Source of the DNA: Methanothrix sp.
Lineage (GTDB): Archaea > Halobacteriota > Methanosarcinia > Methanotrichales > Methanotrichaceae
Direction of reading: 5' to 3'
Assembly: GCA_963682135.1 (NCBI GenBank)
Contig: OY821645.1
Span: forward strand, 416,001 to 480,000
Length of the DNA stretch: 64,000 nt
Position numbers and translations under genes: made by a program. Of this stretch, positions 17,870-27,088 are shown piece after piece. The first letter of the stretch is position 1; each line of letters opens with the position of its first letter. A model generated the notes under the pieces. The model saw only the letters and a list, made by a program, of their open reading frames with translations, was not told the DNA's origin and searched no databases.

Positions 17870-18145
17870 CTATGTCAAACTCGCCGCTGTAGCTAAGGCT
17901 CTGGGCGTCCGCCCGCTCGAATCTCAAGTTGGAATATTCGGCTGGCGGAAACCTCTTTTGAGCAAAGTCGATCATCTCCGGAGAGCTGTCTACTCCTGTA
18001 ACCCTGCCCCGAGGGACGAGGGCGGCCATCTTGGCGGTGATTTTGCCGTCGCCGCAGCCGATATCCTGGATGTGCTCGTCTCCCCTCAGATTCAGCCGGG
18101 CGATAACGGCTTCTGATGCGCTCTCCTGGGCGGAGGAATTCCTAT
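17870..18145 (-). pseudogene. Class I SAM-dependent methyltransferase relic (copy 2, 5' part; trans-aconitate methyltransferase-like)
   Basis: NSSAQESASEAVIARLNLRGDEHIQDIGCGDGKITAKMAALVPRGRVTGVDSSPEMIDFAQKRFPPAEYSNLRFERADAQSLSYSGEFDIVV; no in-frame start codon. Confidence 0.8.
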
Positions 18146-18256
18146 TTTTCGCAATCTTGCTTCATTAGTCTTATAAATACATTTATATTAATAACTACTC
18201 TTGAAATTGCACAGTTAAATTTTAAAGATTGTCTGTTAATACTTAATTTTAAAAAA

Positions 18257-18769
18257 CTATGAAAATTTATATAAAACGCCTGTAGTGAATAATTCATAAC
18301 ATATTAAAGCGATCCAAATTAGGATCAATAGTATCGGGGGAATCTTCCCGCGATTCCTTATTATTGAATAGGGGATTAAACCCTTATAATTGCTAAAGTA
18401 TTGTCGTCTTCGATCACTATGATACATGCCATCGTGATTCACGCCAATTTTATTGTATTCCATCTGAATATCATTTTCTATGCTTTGGATATTCATCATC
18501 ATAGAAAATGAGCTTTTCTCGTTCGTGATGATCAAGACTAGCCAAAAAAAGGAGAATAAAATGCCTGTTGCACAGATAATATATTCATAATGGGGTTTAC
18601 TTGTAGTAAAATATGCAATAAAAATTTGACCAACTATTAGAGCATAGATATTTTCCCACAAAGGATAGATCTGTTGAGAATTTAATCGAGCATTAAATGC
18701 GTATTCATATCTCTCTTTTAAAAGGTCGATTTTTTCTTCACTCTCCGCTTTGGTTTTATCACTTATCAT
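18257..18769 (-). CDS. AT-rich small membrane protein (2-3 TM; RipA/SLATT-like architecture possible)
   Basis: Hydrophobic helices IYALIVGQIFIAYF, IICATGILFSFFWLVLII and IPPILLILIWIALI. ATG 18811 lies inside a MITE TIR, so ATG 18769 is preferred. Confidence 0.6.
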   Translation of the reverse strand: MISDKTKAESEEKIDLLKERYEYAFNARLNSQQIYPLWENIYALIVGQIFIAYFTTSKPHYEYIICATGILFSFFWLVLIITNEKSSFSMMMNIQSIENDIQMEYNKIGVNHDGMYHSDRRRQYFSNYKGLIPYSIIRNRGKIPPILLILIWIALICYELFTTGVLYKFS

Positions 18770-18804
18770 TATTGGAGCGTTATTGTGCCATAATATAAAT
18801 TTAA

Positions 18805-19226
18805 CCCACATTTCGCATTAACTGTTTGAACGCTCATCACTTTTTCTGCTATCGGTTTTTCTAAGAATATATATGCTACAACCCAATTGCTCCGATATTT
18901 TGAATCCAAGTAAGATTCGTGGGTCGCGGGTGGATATTACTGAAAAATCTCACAAAAATCGATCACCTGAAGTCCATTTCTGCGTTTGAAATGCCTTATG
19001 CTACTTGCTAGCGTTTTTCAGTAAACTACGTACGCGACCGATTCGTGCAACCATGAATTATCGAGATATATAATGCAATTTTATAAAATAATTGATTTTA
19101 AGTGCTGACTCATTCAATTCATTTTAAATTATTATTTCATAAATGTGGAACTACGCCAATAATTTGTACTCGATAAAGCAATTTAAAAAATAGTACATTT
19201 AGCACATCCTTACTGCGAAATGTGGG
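18805..19226. mobile_element. Non-autonomous element (MITE), IS1634-like ends
   Basis: 17-bp TIRs CCCACATTTCGCATTAA / TTACTGCGAAATGTGGG (1 mismatch), flanked by 6-bp direct repeat ATTTAA (18799-18804, 19227-19232); no ORF. Confidence 0.8.
18922..19039. mobile_element. 118-bp MITE nested inside the larger MITE
   Basis: TIRs GGTCGCG-N8-TTACTGAAAAA at both ends; 8-bp target duplication GATTCGTG (18914-18921, 19040-19047). Confidence 0.8.
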
Positions 19227-19565
19227 ATTTAATTGAGAATACCAACACTAATGAGGACCATTATTGAGTGGCAGCCTACGATTCAGCCAAGAAAGGAATA
19301 CTGAGGGAAAGGAAACTGAACTGCAATAAGGTAATTTGCCAATTAATATTAACAGGGTTCATTAGATAGGGAGCGCGGAGGGTCACGAATACCCCAACCA
19401 TGAGGTTGGAGATGAAGTGAACCCTCGCCCGGTTTTCATATAAAGCTCGCGGGATTTCATAAAACCAGGCCTGAAGGCGTGCGGCCCGAAGCATACCACA
19501 TCCCTAGGGTGGCCACACGCAGTTTGATTTAATCGACCTATTTGCAATATATTATAAAATTAGTA

Positions 19566-20420
19566 TTAATCATTTACATTTTCCCCCATCCTCTCGTACG
19601 CCCTCTCCACCATCGCCATGGGTGAAACCGAATTCATCATCAGCCCCAGCTCCTCCGGCCCCAGGCCCAGGGCAACGCCCGCCAGCTGGGTCACATAGAG
19701 CACCGGAATCTCGATCTTCTCCCCGTGTTTTTGCTCCAGCACCTTTTGCTTGGCATCGAGCATCAGATGGCAGAGCGGACAGACGGTGACAATGACCTCC
19801 GCCCCGGCCTTTTTGGCCTCAGCCAGAATCCGGAAGGCAACATCGTCCGCCGCCTTCTCCTGGGGCATGAAGATGGGCCCTCCGCAGCAGGCGGTCTTCA
19901 GCCGAAAGTCCACCGGCTCAGCCTGCAGCCTCTTGATCAGTTCTTCCAGGATGCTGGGAAACTGGGGGCTGTACTGGCCTGCGGGGCGCGTCAGCAGGCA
20001 GCCGTAGTAGGGAGCCACCTTTAGCTCTTTGAGCGGCACCACAATCCTCTCATCATCCTCGGCCAGGGCCTCCAGGATGACGTCAAGGGCGTGGCGAATT
20101 TTGGAGCCGCTGTACTTTTTGTCCAGAACGGCGTTCACCTTTTCCCGAACCTCCGGCTCCTCCAGCCGCTGCGCTGCAGCGCGCAGGTTGCTGTAGCAGA
20201 TGGAGCAGCTGGTCATGATTGGAAGGTCCGTCTGGGCCATGTTGCGAGCCGCCAGGCCTGTAGCCACCAGCTCATTGGAGACGTGCGTTGCCCCGCAGCA
20301 GTTCCAGTCCTCCAGCTCGGTGAGCTCAATTCCCAGAGCGCTGCAGACTGCCTTGGTGGAAGCGTCCATCTCCTTTCCCGTCGATTGGGAGACGCAGCCT
20401 GGATAGTAAGCCAGCTTCAT
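19566..20420 (-). CDS. hdrB: Heterodisulfide reductase subunit B
   Basis: Two CCG domains: YYPGC/WNCCG/CSIC and YYGC/ACCGG/CPLC. Confidence 0.95.
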   Translation of the reverse strand: MKLAYYPGCVSQSTGKEMDASTKAVCSALGIELTELEDWNCCGATHVSNELVATGLAARNMAQTDLPIMTSCSICYSNLRAAAQRLEEPEVREKVNAVLDKKYSGSKIRHALDVILEALAEDDERIVVPLKELKVAPYYGCLLTRPAGQYSPQFPSILEELIKRLQAEPVDFRLKTACCGGPIFMPQEKAADDVAFRILAEAKKAGAEVIVTVCPLCHLMLDAKQKVLEQKHGEKIEIPVLYVTQLAGVALGLGPEELGLMMNSVSPMAMVERAYERMGENVND

Positions 20421-20944
20421 GCTTTTCTCAGCTCCTCAACGATCCTCTTGACCTCATCCCGACCTTTGACCTTCTCAGTCTCCAGGCCGATCTTGCCCTT
20501 GGTCAGCAGCTCCAGGCCCATCTGCATGGACTGCACCGCTCCCTGGGGAAAGACGAGCAGAAACTGTCCGGTCAGCTCCAGCTCTGCAATACGGCCATAG
20601 TCACGAATCTGCTTTAGGAAGAATTCCTCGTAAGCGGCGTCCTTGCCCCGCTGCCCTTCTTGCTCGGCTATCTCCTTTAGAGCTGAGACCACAGCTTTTG
20701 GCCGAATGCCCCTCGGGCAGCGCACAGTGCAAAGCAGGCAGGAGGTGCACAGCCAGAGGGTCTCATTATGCAAAGCTTCCTCCTTGCTGCCCTCCAGGCA
20801 GAGTTTGATCAACTTGCGGATGCTGGGATTCATGATATTTGCCGTAGGACAGCTGGCTGAGCAGGTGCCGCACTGAATGCAGGTCAATACCTCCTGCCCG
20901 GCCAGGCGCAACACATCTTGCTTGAACTGTTCATCTCCGGTCAT
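20417..20944 (-). CDS. hdrC: Heterodisulfide reductase subunit C
   Basis: CIQCGTCSASCP and LWLCTSCLLCTVRCPRGI; overlaps hdrB. Confidence 0.93.
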   Translation of the reverse strand: MTGDEQFKQDVLRLAGQEVLTCIQCGTCSASCPTANIMNPSIRKLIKLCLEGSKEEALHNETLWLCTSCLLCTVRCPRGIRPKAVVSALKEIAEQEGQRGKDAAYEEFFLKQIRDYGRIAELELTGQFLLVFPQGAVQSMQMGLELLTKGKIGLETEKVKGRDEVKRIVEELRKA

Positions 20945-22146
20945 TTTGATGCTGCCCCTTCAGTGGTATCTTTAGTCCTAATAGCATTCTTCGCCGCAAC
21001 CTTCTTAGCAACATCATTCTGCAGCCGCTCAACAATCTTCCGGCTGGCCTCTTTTGCCGGCTCTTTCTCTAAAATTTGGCGGACCTTCGGCTTTTTCAGC
21101 AGTGCCTCCAGGGGACTCAGAGCCTCATTCACCAGCCGCAAGAGATCCGGATCGATCTTCGGCTTCTCGGGCGCAGGCATAGGCTGGCGATCTACATCCG
21201 GGGGAGAGACAGCCCCGCTCACATCCGGGCGCAGCCGCTCCCCGGTCTTTATTGCAGAGATGGCTTGTTTCCACTCCTCTGCCCAAGGTGTCTCCTTAAT
21301 CTCTGTGTGCCTGACATCCGACCGCTCTACTGCAATGGCCGAGACCGGGCAGGCTTTCTCACACGCCCCACAATAGATGCACTGATCTTTGACCGGCGCT
21401 GCCTTTCCTCGCTCATCCACATACCAGCATTTGGCAGGGCAGACATTGAAGCAGGCCTGGCAGCCCAGTGGATCGCAGCGTACCAGATTCTTCTCGACCA
21501 GCTTTATCTCGCCAACAAATGGCTTCTTGATATCCATGGCCTCGTAGGGGCAGACCTGAGCGCATCTGCCGCAGCCGATGCACAGATCCTGATCAATTTC
21601 AATCTTGCCTGCGAACTCTTTTTCGCCTTCTTGTACTAGTGATACGTCTAAGGGCTTACCCTCGACTTTTATTGCTTCCTCTGGGCAGAGGGATACGCAT
21701 AAGCCGCAGTAGTCGCAAAGCTCCTCATCCACCAGGAGCTGCTCATAGGGCTGAAGAATGCGGGGATCTTTTGCTCTCTCTTTCTCATCCCTGTCTAACA
21801 GTAAGAATGCCTTGCAGAATCTGGCGCAACGGCCACATAGGTTGCACTTTTCAGAATCGACGGCAATCTTTCCATTTATTCCCGAGCGCAGCGGCCCGTA
21901 GTCCTCGCGCGTTTTGTTGAAAGAGACCTTTATGGCACCAGTTGGGCAGACAGGCTCACAAAGCAGGCAGGGCAGGCATTTTTCATTAGGTCGGGCCTCA
22001 GCCAGCAGCCGTGGATACTGCTCCTGCCGGATGAAATCCACGACTTTTTCATTCTCTCTTGCCACCCTTGTCTTCTTCGTCCCATCAGTTGCTTCTGCTA
22101 CATCAGCCACTCCGGTACCATCAGCCACTTCAATCGAGTCCGTCAT
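20941..22146 (-). CDS. Polyferredoxin (FwdF/FmdF-like, C-terminal portion)
   Basis: Six CxxCxxCxxxC(P)-type motifs; 4-nt overlaps with neighbours. Confidence 0.85.
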   Translation of the reverse strand: MTDSIEVADGTGVADVAEATDGTKKTRVARENEKVVDFIRQEQYPRLLAEARPNEKCLPCLLCEPVCPTGAIKVSFNKTREDYGPLRSGINGKIAVDSEKCNLCGRCARFCKAFLLLDRDEKERAKDPRILQPYEQLLVDEELCDYCGLCVSLCPEEAIKVEGKPLDVSLVQEGEKEFAGKIEIDQDLCIGCGRCAQVCPYEAMDIKKPFVGEIKLVEKNLVRCDPLGCQACFNVCPAKCWYVDERGKAAPVKDQCIYCGACEKACPVSAIAVERSDVRHTEIKETPWAEEWKQAISAIKTGERLRPDVSGAVSPPDVDRQPMPAPEKPKIDPDLLRLVNEALSPLEALLKKPKVRQILEKEPAKEASRKIVERLQNDVAKKVAAKNAIRTKDTTEGAASK

Positions 22147-22484
22147 GCCGGCGCCTCCGAAACTCCTGCAGCTTCAGCCGGTTCCTGTGCGGGTTTTTGT
22201 TCTCGCACGGTCATCTTGAAGGCCTTCATGGGACAGAAGTTGACACACATGCCGCAAAAGGCACAGGCATCCAGATCAATGAGCACGGGCGGAGCATCCA
22301 GGCCTTTGGCGATCTCCTGCAAGGGCCCCTCCTGCAAGGCTTTTTTCGGGCAGAGGGCCACACATATGGAGCAACCGGCGCACTTCTTGTAATCATAATC
22401 GAGGACGATCTCCCTCTCTTTGGTCTTCTGTTTGGCCAGAATGTGAGTGCCCTGTGCATCCATATCTTTCTCTATCTCCATCAT
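22143..22484 (-). CDS. 2x[4Fe-4S] ferredoxin (resembles the FwdF/FmdF N-terminus)
   Basis: CAGCSICVALCP and CAFCGMCVNFCP. Confidence 0.85.
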   Translation of the reverse strand: MMEIEKDMDAQGTHILAKQKTKEREIVLDYDYKKCAGCSICVALCPKKALQEGPLQEIAKGLDAPPVLIDLDACAFCGMCVNFCPMKAFKMTVREQKPAQEPAEAAGVSEAPA

Positions 22485-24850
22485 GCCGGTGCATCCTCCT
22501 CATTCTTTTTCTCTCTTTTTAGCTCGGTTCCGATGGGTCCCATGGCCTTCAGTTCGCCTATGAAGTCTCTGAGATCCTTTGCGTAAATCTCTCCTTCACT
22601 GGCCGCACACCAGACGATTTTGACTCTTCCCGGATCAATGCCTATCTTCTCCAGAACACCTTTGAGCACATTCACCCTCTGCAGGGCCTGATAGTTGCCA
22701 TCCCGGTAGTGGCATTCACCGATGCGACAGCCGGCTATGAGAACACCATCCGCACCCCGGCGCAGGGCCTCCAGGACGAAGCTCGGGTCGACGCGCGCCG
22801 AGCACATCACCCGTATGTTGCGGGCATTGGTCGGGTACTGGATACGCGAGGTTCCGGCCAGATCCGCAGCTCCATAGCTGCACCAGTTGCAGAGGAAGGC
22901 CACAATGAGGGGAAATTCTCTCTTAACCTGCGTGGCTGCCTGCACCTGAGCCATGATCTGCTCGTCAGAGAAAAAGCGCATATTGATGGCATCAGCCGGA
23001 CAGGCGGCAGCGCAGGAGCCGCACCCTTTGCAGGCTGCTTCATCCACATAGGCCGGACTCTTCACAGCTATGGCTTTCTTGGGACATAGATCGACACAAA
23101 GCTTGCACTTAATGCACTTTTCCGGGTCGACATAAGCCGAGGTTGGCTCCAGCTCCAGCACGCCTTTATGCAGGAGCTTGACTGCCTTTGCCGCTGCGGC
23201 GCTTCCCTGGGCGATGGATATGGGAATCTCCTTGGGACCGGAGGCGCAGCCGGCGATGAAGATTCCGTCGATATGAGCTTCCACGGGCCTCATCTTGGGG
23301 TGGGCGATCTCAAAGAACCTGTCCGGTCTTCGGGAGAGTCCCAGCAAATTGCCCAGAACGTCTGCTTTCTCATCAGGCTCCAGGCCCACAGAGAGGACTG
23401 CCAGATCATGCTTAACCTTCTTTATCTCACCTGTCTGGGTGTCCTCAAAGATCAGGAAGAGCTCGCCATCCACTTGCTCGATGCTAGAGACACGGGAGCG
23501 CACAAAGTTGATGCCCAGCTTCTGCGCTCGCACATAGAATTCTTCGTATCCCTCTCCGCAGGCTCTGATGTCGATATAGTAGATGGTGATATCGGTATGC
23601 GGATACTTCTCCTTTACAAGCTGCGCATTCTTGAGCGAGGCCATGCAGCAGATGCGAGAGCAGTAGAGGTTGCCAACGCTTGAATCACGCGATCCGACGC
23701 ATTGCAGGAAGGCCACCTTCTCGGCAATCTTGCCTGTACTGGGACGCACCACCTCTCCTTTGGTCGGCCCGGAGGCGTTGAGCATCCGTTCCATCTGCAA
23801 GGTGGTGATCACGTCCCTGTACCTGCCAAAGCCGTACTCCTCTTTTCGCGTCGCATCGAAGGGCTGCCATCCGGTAGCCACAATAATGGCGCCCACATTT
23901 AATTTGAAATCCTGTGGCTCCTGATCCAGCTTTACCGCCTGGGCTGGGCAGGCCTCTGCGCAGCGAGCGCAGCCTATGCAGGCTTTTGCATCGACGCAGG
24001 CGACCAATGGCACGGCCTGGGGGTAGGGCACGTAAATGGCCTTTCTCTTGCCGATGCCAAAGTCGTACTCACTGGGCACCTCCACCGGGCAGACGTTTGA
24101 GCATTCGCTGATGCAGCCCTTGCATAGCTTTTCATCCACATAGCGAGCCCTGCGAACTCCGGAGACGGTGAAGTTGCCCACGCTGCCCTCCACGCCCAGG
24201 ACCTCGGCGTAGGTGATGAGGGTAATATCGGGATGGTTGTAGACCTCGGACATCTTGGGCCCCAGGACACAGATGGAGCAGTCGTTGGTAGGAAATACAT
24301 CGGTAAGCAGAGCCATGTAGCCGCCGATAGTAGGCCGCCTCTCCACCAGGAAAACATGCAGTCCCGAGTCGGCCAGATCCAGCGCGGCTGCGATCCCGGC
24401 CACGCCCCCCCCGATTACCAGCACATCCTTGCTGACGGGTATGCTCTCCGGCTCGAGCGGCTGGAGCAGCGCCGCTTTGGCCACGGCCATTGATATGAGG
24501 TCCTTGGCCTTTTCAGTGGCCATGGCCGGCTGGTCCATGTGCACCCAGGAGCATTGCTCCCGGATGTTGGCCATCTCCAGCATGTAAGGATTGAGGCCCG
24601 CTTTGCTGATTGCCCGGCGAAAGGTGGGCTCGTGCAGGCGCGGAGAGCAGGCAGCCACTACCACGCGATCAAGCTTGAACTCGGCAATATCCTTCTGGAT
24701 CTGCTCCTGGCCGATGTCTGAGCAGGAGAACTGCAGATCGCGAGCTACGGCCACATCGGGAAGCTTCTCGGCATAGCTCTTCAGGTCATCCATGTTCAAG
24801 ACGCCGGCAATATTCAGGCCGCAGTGACAGACGTAAACACCTGTTGGCAT
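22481..24850 (-). CDS. hdrA: Heterodisulfide reductase subunit A with fused MvhD domain
   Basis: GVYVCHCG, ACSPRLHE, GGGVAG, QCVGSRD and CSRICC; C-terminal FLCNWCSY/RVMCS/GCRIGECHY is MvhD. Confidence 0.95.
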   Translation of the reverse strand: MPTGVYVCHCGLNIAGVLNMDDLKSYAEKLPDVAVARDLQFSCSDIGQEQIQKDIAEFKLDRVVVAACSPRLHEPTFRRAISKAGLNPYMLEMANIREQCSWVHMDQPAMATEKAKDLISMAVAKAALLQPLEPESIPVSKDVLVIGGGVAGIAAALDLADSGLHVFLVERRPTIGGYMALLTDVFPTNDCSICVLGPKMSEVYNHPDITLITYAEVLGVEGSVGNFTVSGVRRARYVDEKLCKGCISECSNVCPVEVPSEYDFGIGKRKAIYVPYPQAVPLVACVDAKACIGCARCAEACPAQAVKLDQEPQDFKLNVGAIIVATGWQPFDATRKEEYGFGRYRDVITTLQMERMLNASGPTKGEVVRPSTGKIAEKVAFLQCVGSRDSSVGNLYCSRICCMASLKNAQLVKEKYPHTDITIYYIDIRACGEGYEEFYVRAQKLGINFVRSRVSSIEQVDGELFLIFEDTQTGEIKKVKHDLAVLSVGLEPDEKADVLGNLLGLSRRPDRFFEIAHPKMRPVEAHIDGIFIAGCASGPKEIPISIAQGSAAAAKAVKLLHKGVLELEPTSAYVDPEKCIKCKLCVDLCPKKAIAVKSPAYVDEAACKGCGSCAAACPADAINMRFFSDEQIMAQVQAATQVKREFPLIVAFLCNWCSYGAADLAGTSRIQYPTNARNIRVMCSARVDPSFVLEALRRGADGVLIAGCRIGECHYRDGNYQALQRVNVLKGVLEKIGIDPGRVKIVWCAASEGEIYAKDLRDFIGELKAMGPIGTELKREKKNEEDAPA

Positions 24851-24962
24851 GAGACTTCAGATGGGTATAATCGCCTTAAGTCACTTAAAGTTATGCCATT
24901 GAGATTGTTATCTTATCTGTGCAGACCGAAAAATATTTTAGTAAAGAATTCTTTTACAGTTT

Positions 24963-25982
24963 ATGCAAACTCGCACATTGATAATATTATTAATTATATT
25001 CTTATTATTATACGAAGGTTGCTTTGCGCAGGGGTCAAGTCAAAAAGCTCAAAATAATAATTGTGATCAACTATTAGAGTTGGCCGATAAATTGCTGACA
25101 GAAAAACCACCTAATGCCAGAGAAGCTGCAACCAAATACGAGCTAGTGAAAAAGGATTGTCCCGAAAAAATAGAGCCTGAGCAACTTTGCAGAATGGCGG
25201 AGGCTTATGATTCATATGATGAGAAAAAGAGCAAAGAATTCTGCAAAAAGTTCGTTTCTAACGATTGCAAAGCATGTCAAGAATCAATACATGGTGAGAA
25301 TCATGACATAGGCCCATTTGAAAATTATAGTTCCGTAGGTAAAAGTATACAAGTTTTAATAATTACTATTGCTTCCCCTGAAATGATTCATTACAATCCT
25401 CAAGTCAACATGTCATTACCTATAGCCATGAACCATTCACTTTATAGAAATAGCAGTCCTCCAGTCATAATTGTGAATCCCGCAATTACCTGGAACTTTG
25501 AAAGCGGCTTTCTGCGCGGCTGGAATAGGTCAGGCAATGCCTTTGATCATCAGCCTGTCCAAAGAGGCAAGACAGTGACGCCAAAGACTAGATCATTTGC
25601 AGGTGAGGGCAATTTCTGGGTAACATCTTATGAGATGAATTCAGGCTTAAGCTCTGCAAATGTAACTGCCAATGTCACGGGCGATATCCCAACCGGTACC
25701 TTGGAATCCCTTCCCTTCATAGTAAGGGGAGAATCCATCAGCTTCCTCCAGGGAGGAGGACGAAACTGTTCAGTTGACCTTCGGGTAGATGATGAAATAG
25801 TTTTAACTGCGATAGGCAATGACACAGATACAATGCGCAGGGTAACATGGAATGTCACTTCTCTGAAAGGAAAAGAGGCAGTCTTGTTAGTTGTTGATAA
25901 TAGCACCGAAAGATGGGGACATGTGAACTTCGATGATGTACGATTCGATATAGCCCCAATGGTATTAGCTTTCCGGAAGTGA
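24963..25982 (+). CDS. Secreted protein with Cys-containing helical N-terminus and carbohydrate-binding-like beta-sandwich C-terminus
   Basis: Signal peptide; NFESG..GW..G.AF, TGTLES.PF, ISFL.GGG and WGHVNFDD motifs, resembling the accessory domain of GH32-type enzymes. Confidence 0.6.
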   Translation: MQTRTLIILLIIFLLLYEGCFAQGSSQKAQNNNCDQLLELADKLLTEKPPNAREAATKYELVKKDCPEKIEPEQLCRMAEAYDSYDEKKSKEFCKKFVSNDCKACQESIHGENHDIGPFENYSSVGKSIQVLIITIASPEMIHYNPQVNMSLPIAMNHSLYRNSSPPVIIVNPAITWNFESGFLRGWNRSGNAFDHQPVQRGKTVTPKTRSFAGEGNFWVTSYEMNSGLSSANVTANVTGDIPTGTLESLPFIVRGESISFLQGGGRNCSVDLRVDDEIVLTAIGNDTDTMRRVTWNVTSLKGKEAVLLVVDNSTERWGHVNFDDVRFDIAPMVLAFRK

Positions 25983-27088
25983 TAATGTTTGTGGCCATGA
26001 TGCTAAATCATCATTTAAAGATGATGCAAATTCTATCGCTGATCGTAATGATAGCATTTCTTGGACTGCTTGCTGCAAGAGCTGATTCTGCGGATAACAA
26101 TAGAGTGCAAGCTTTAAATATTTTAAATATGTCGCAAAACATCTCGAATATCGTTCATGAGGAAAACGCTTCAATGGATTTGTTGAGAAATGCAACCCTC
26201 AATTTTTCACTATATTGTGTAGATAGGTCTCTAGAATTGGATAAAGATCTCCATGAAGCCTACATGCATAAGTGTGATCTGCTGATAGAATCTGGCAGAG
26301 ATGAAGAAGCTATTTCCTGCTGCGATAAATTGCTCAATGAAGACCCTTTGCAACAGGATATTTGGTTTAAAAAAGGACAGGCTTTGGATAGATTAAAGCA
26401 GTGGTCAGAGTCGATTGAGTGCTACGACAGAGCCATCTGCTGCTATTATCTTTTGAAGGGAGCATCCTGCTATGACAAGATGCATGAGGGAGATGCCTGG
26501 TATTACAAAGCGCAAGACCACAAGCGTATGAAAGATTACAGCAAAGCACTATCGTGTTATAATAAATCAATTGAGATCTATAGCAACATCTCATGCGTTG
26601 ACAATAATCGTCCAACAGTGGCATGGCAGGAGAAAGGGTACGCCCTTCTGGAAATGAACGGATATAATGAGTCTATTGCTTGCTTTAGGAAAGTTCTCTT
26701 AAGGAGGGATAAGTTCTCTCATTCATCTGCAAATGCCTATCGAGGAATGGGTTTAGCCCAATTGCTCCTCGCCAAAAACCTGAGCAGCAAAGGATCTGGT
26801 CAATCTGCATATTTCTACGAGCAATCCAATATATCTTATGGGAACTCGATACGAGCTTTTGAGTGGCAAAAAGATAACAGGTCGGCGTGGTCTGCCTATT
26901 TTGGCAAGGGAGTAGCACTCAGCTTTTTGCCGGGAAGAAGCGATGATTCCAGAGTAGCATTCAGTAAAGCGGCAGAACTCGCTAGAGGAAAAGATATTCC
27001 ATATTTAAAATGGATTGGCAATTCAATGCGGTGGATCTTTGAAAAAGCAAAGGAGGCTTTCGATTACGCCAATTACCGAACTGCCTGA
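25979..27088 (+). CDS. Tetratricopeptide repeat protein with N-terminal signal/TM segment
   Basis: W..KG.AL..L....E...CYD.A repeats; true start may be ATG 25997 or 26021. Confidence 0.8.
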   Translation: MIMFVAMMLNHHLKMMQILSLIVMIAFLGLLAARADSADNNRVQALNILNMSQNISNIVHEENASMDLLRNATLNFSLYCVDRSLELDKDLHEAYMHKCDLLIESGRDEEAISCCDKLLNEDPLQQDIWFKKGQALDRLKQWSESIECYDRAICCYYLLKGASCYDKMHEGDAWYYKAQDHKRMKDYSKALSCYNKSIEIYSNISCVDNNRPTVAWQEKGYALLEMNGYNESIACFRKVLLRRDKFSHSSANAYRGMGLAQLLLAKNLSSKGSGQSAYFYEQSNISYGNSIRAFEWQKDNRSAWSAYFGKGVALSFLPGRSDDSRVAFSKAAELARGKDIPYLKWIGNSMRWIFEKAKEAFDYANYRTA

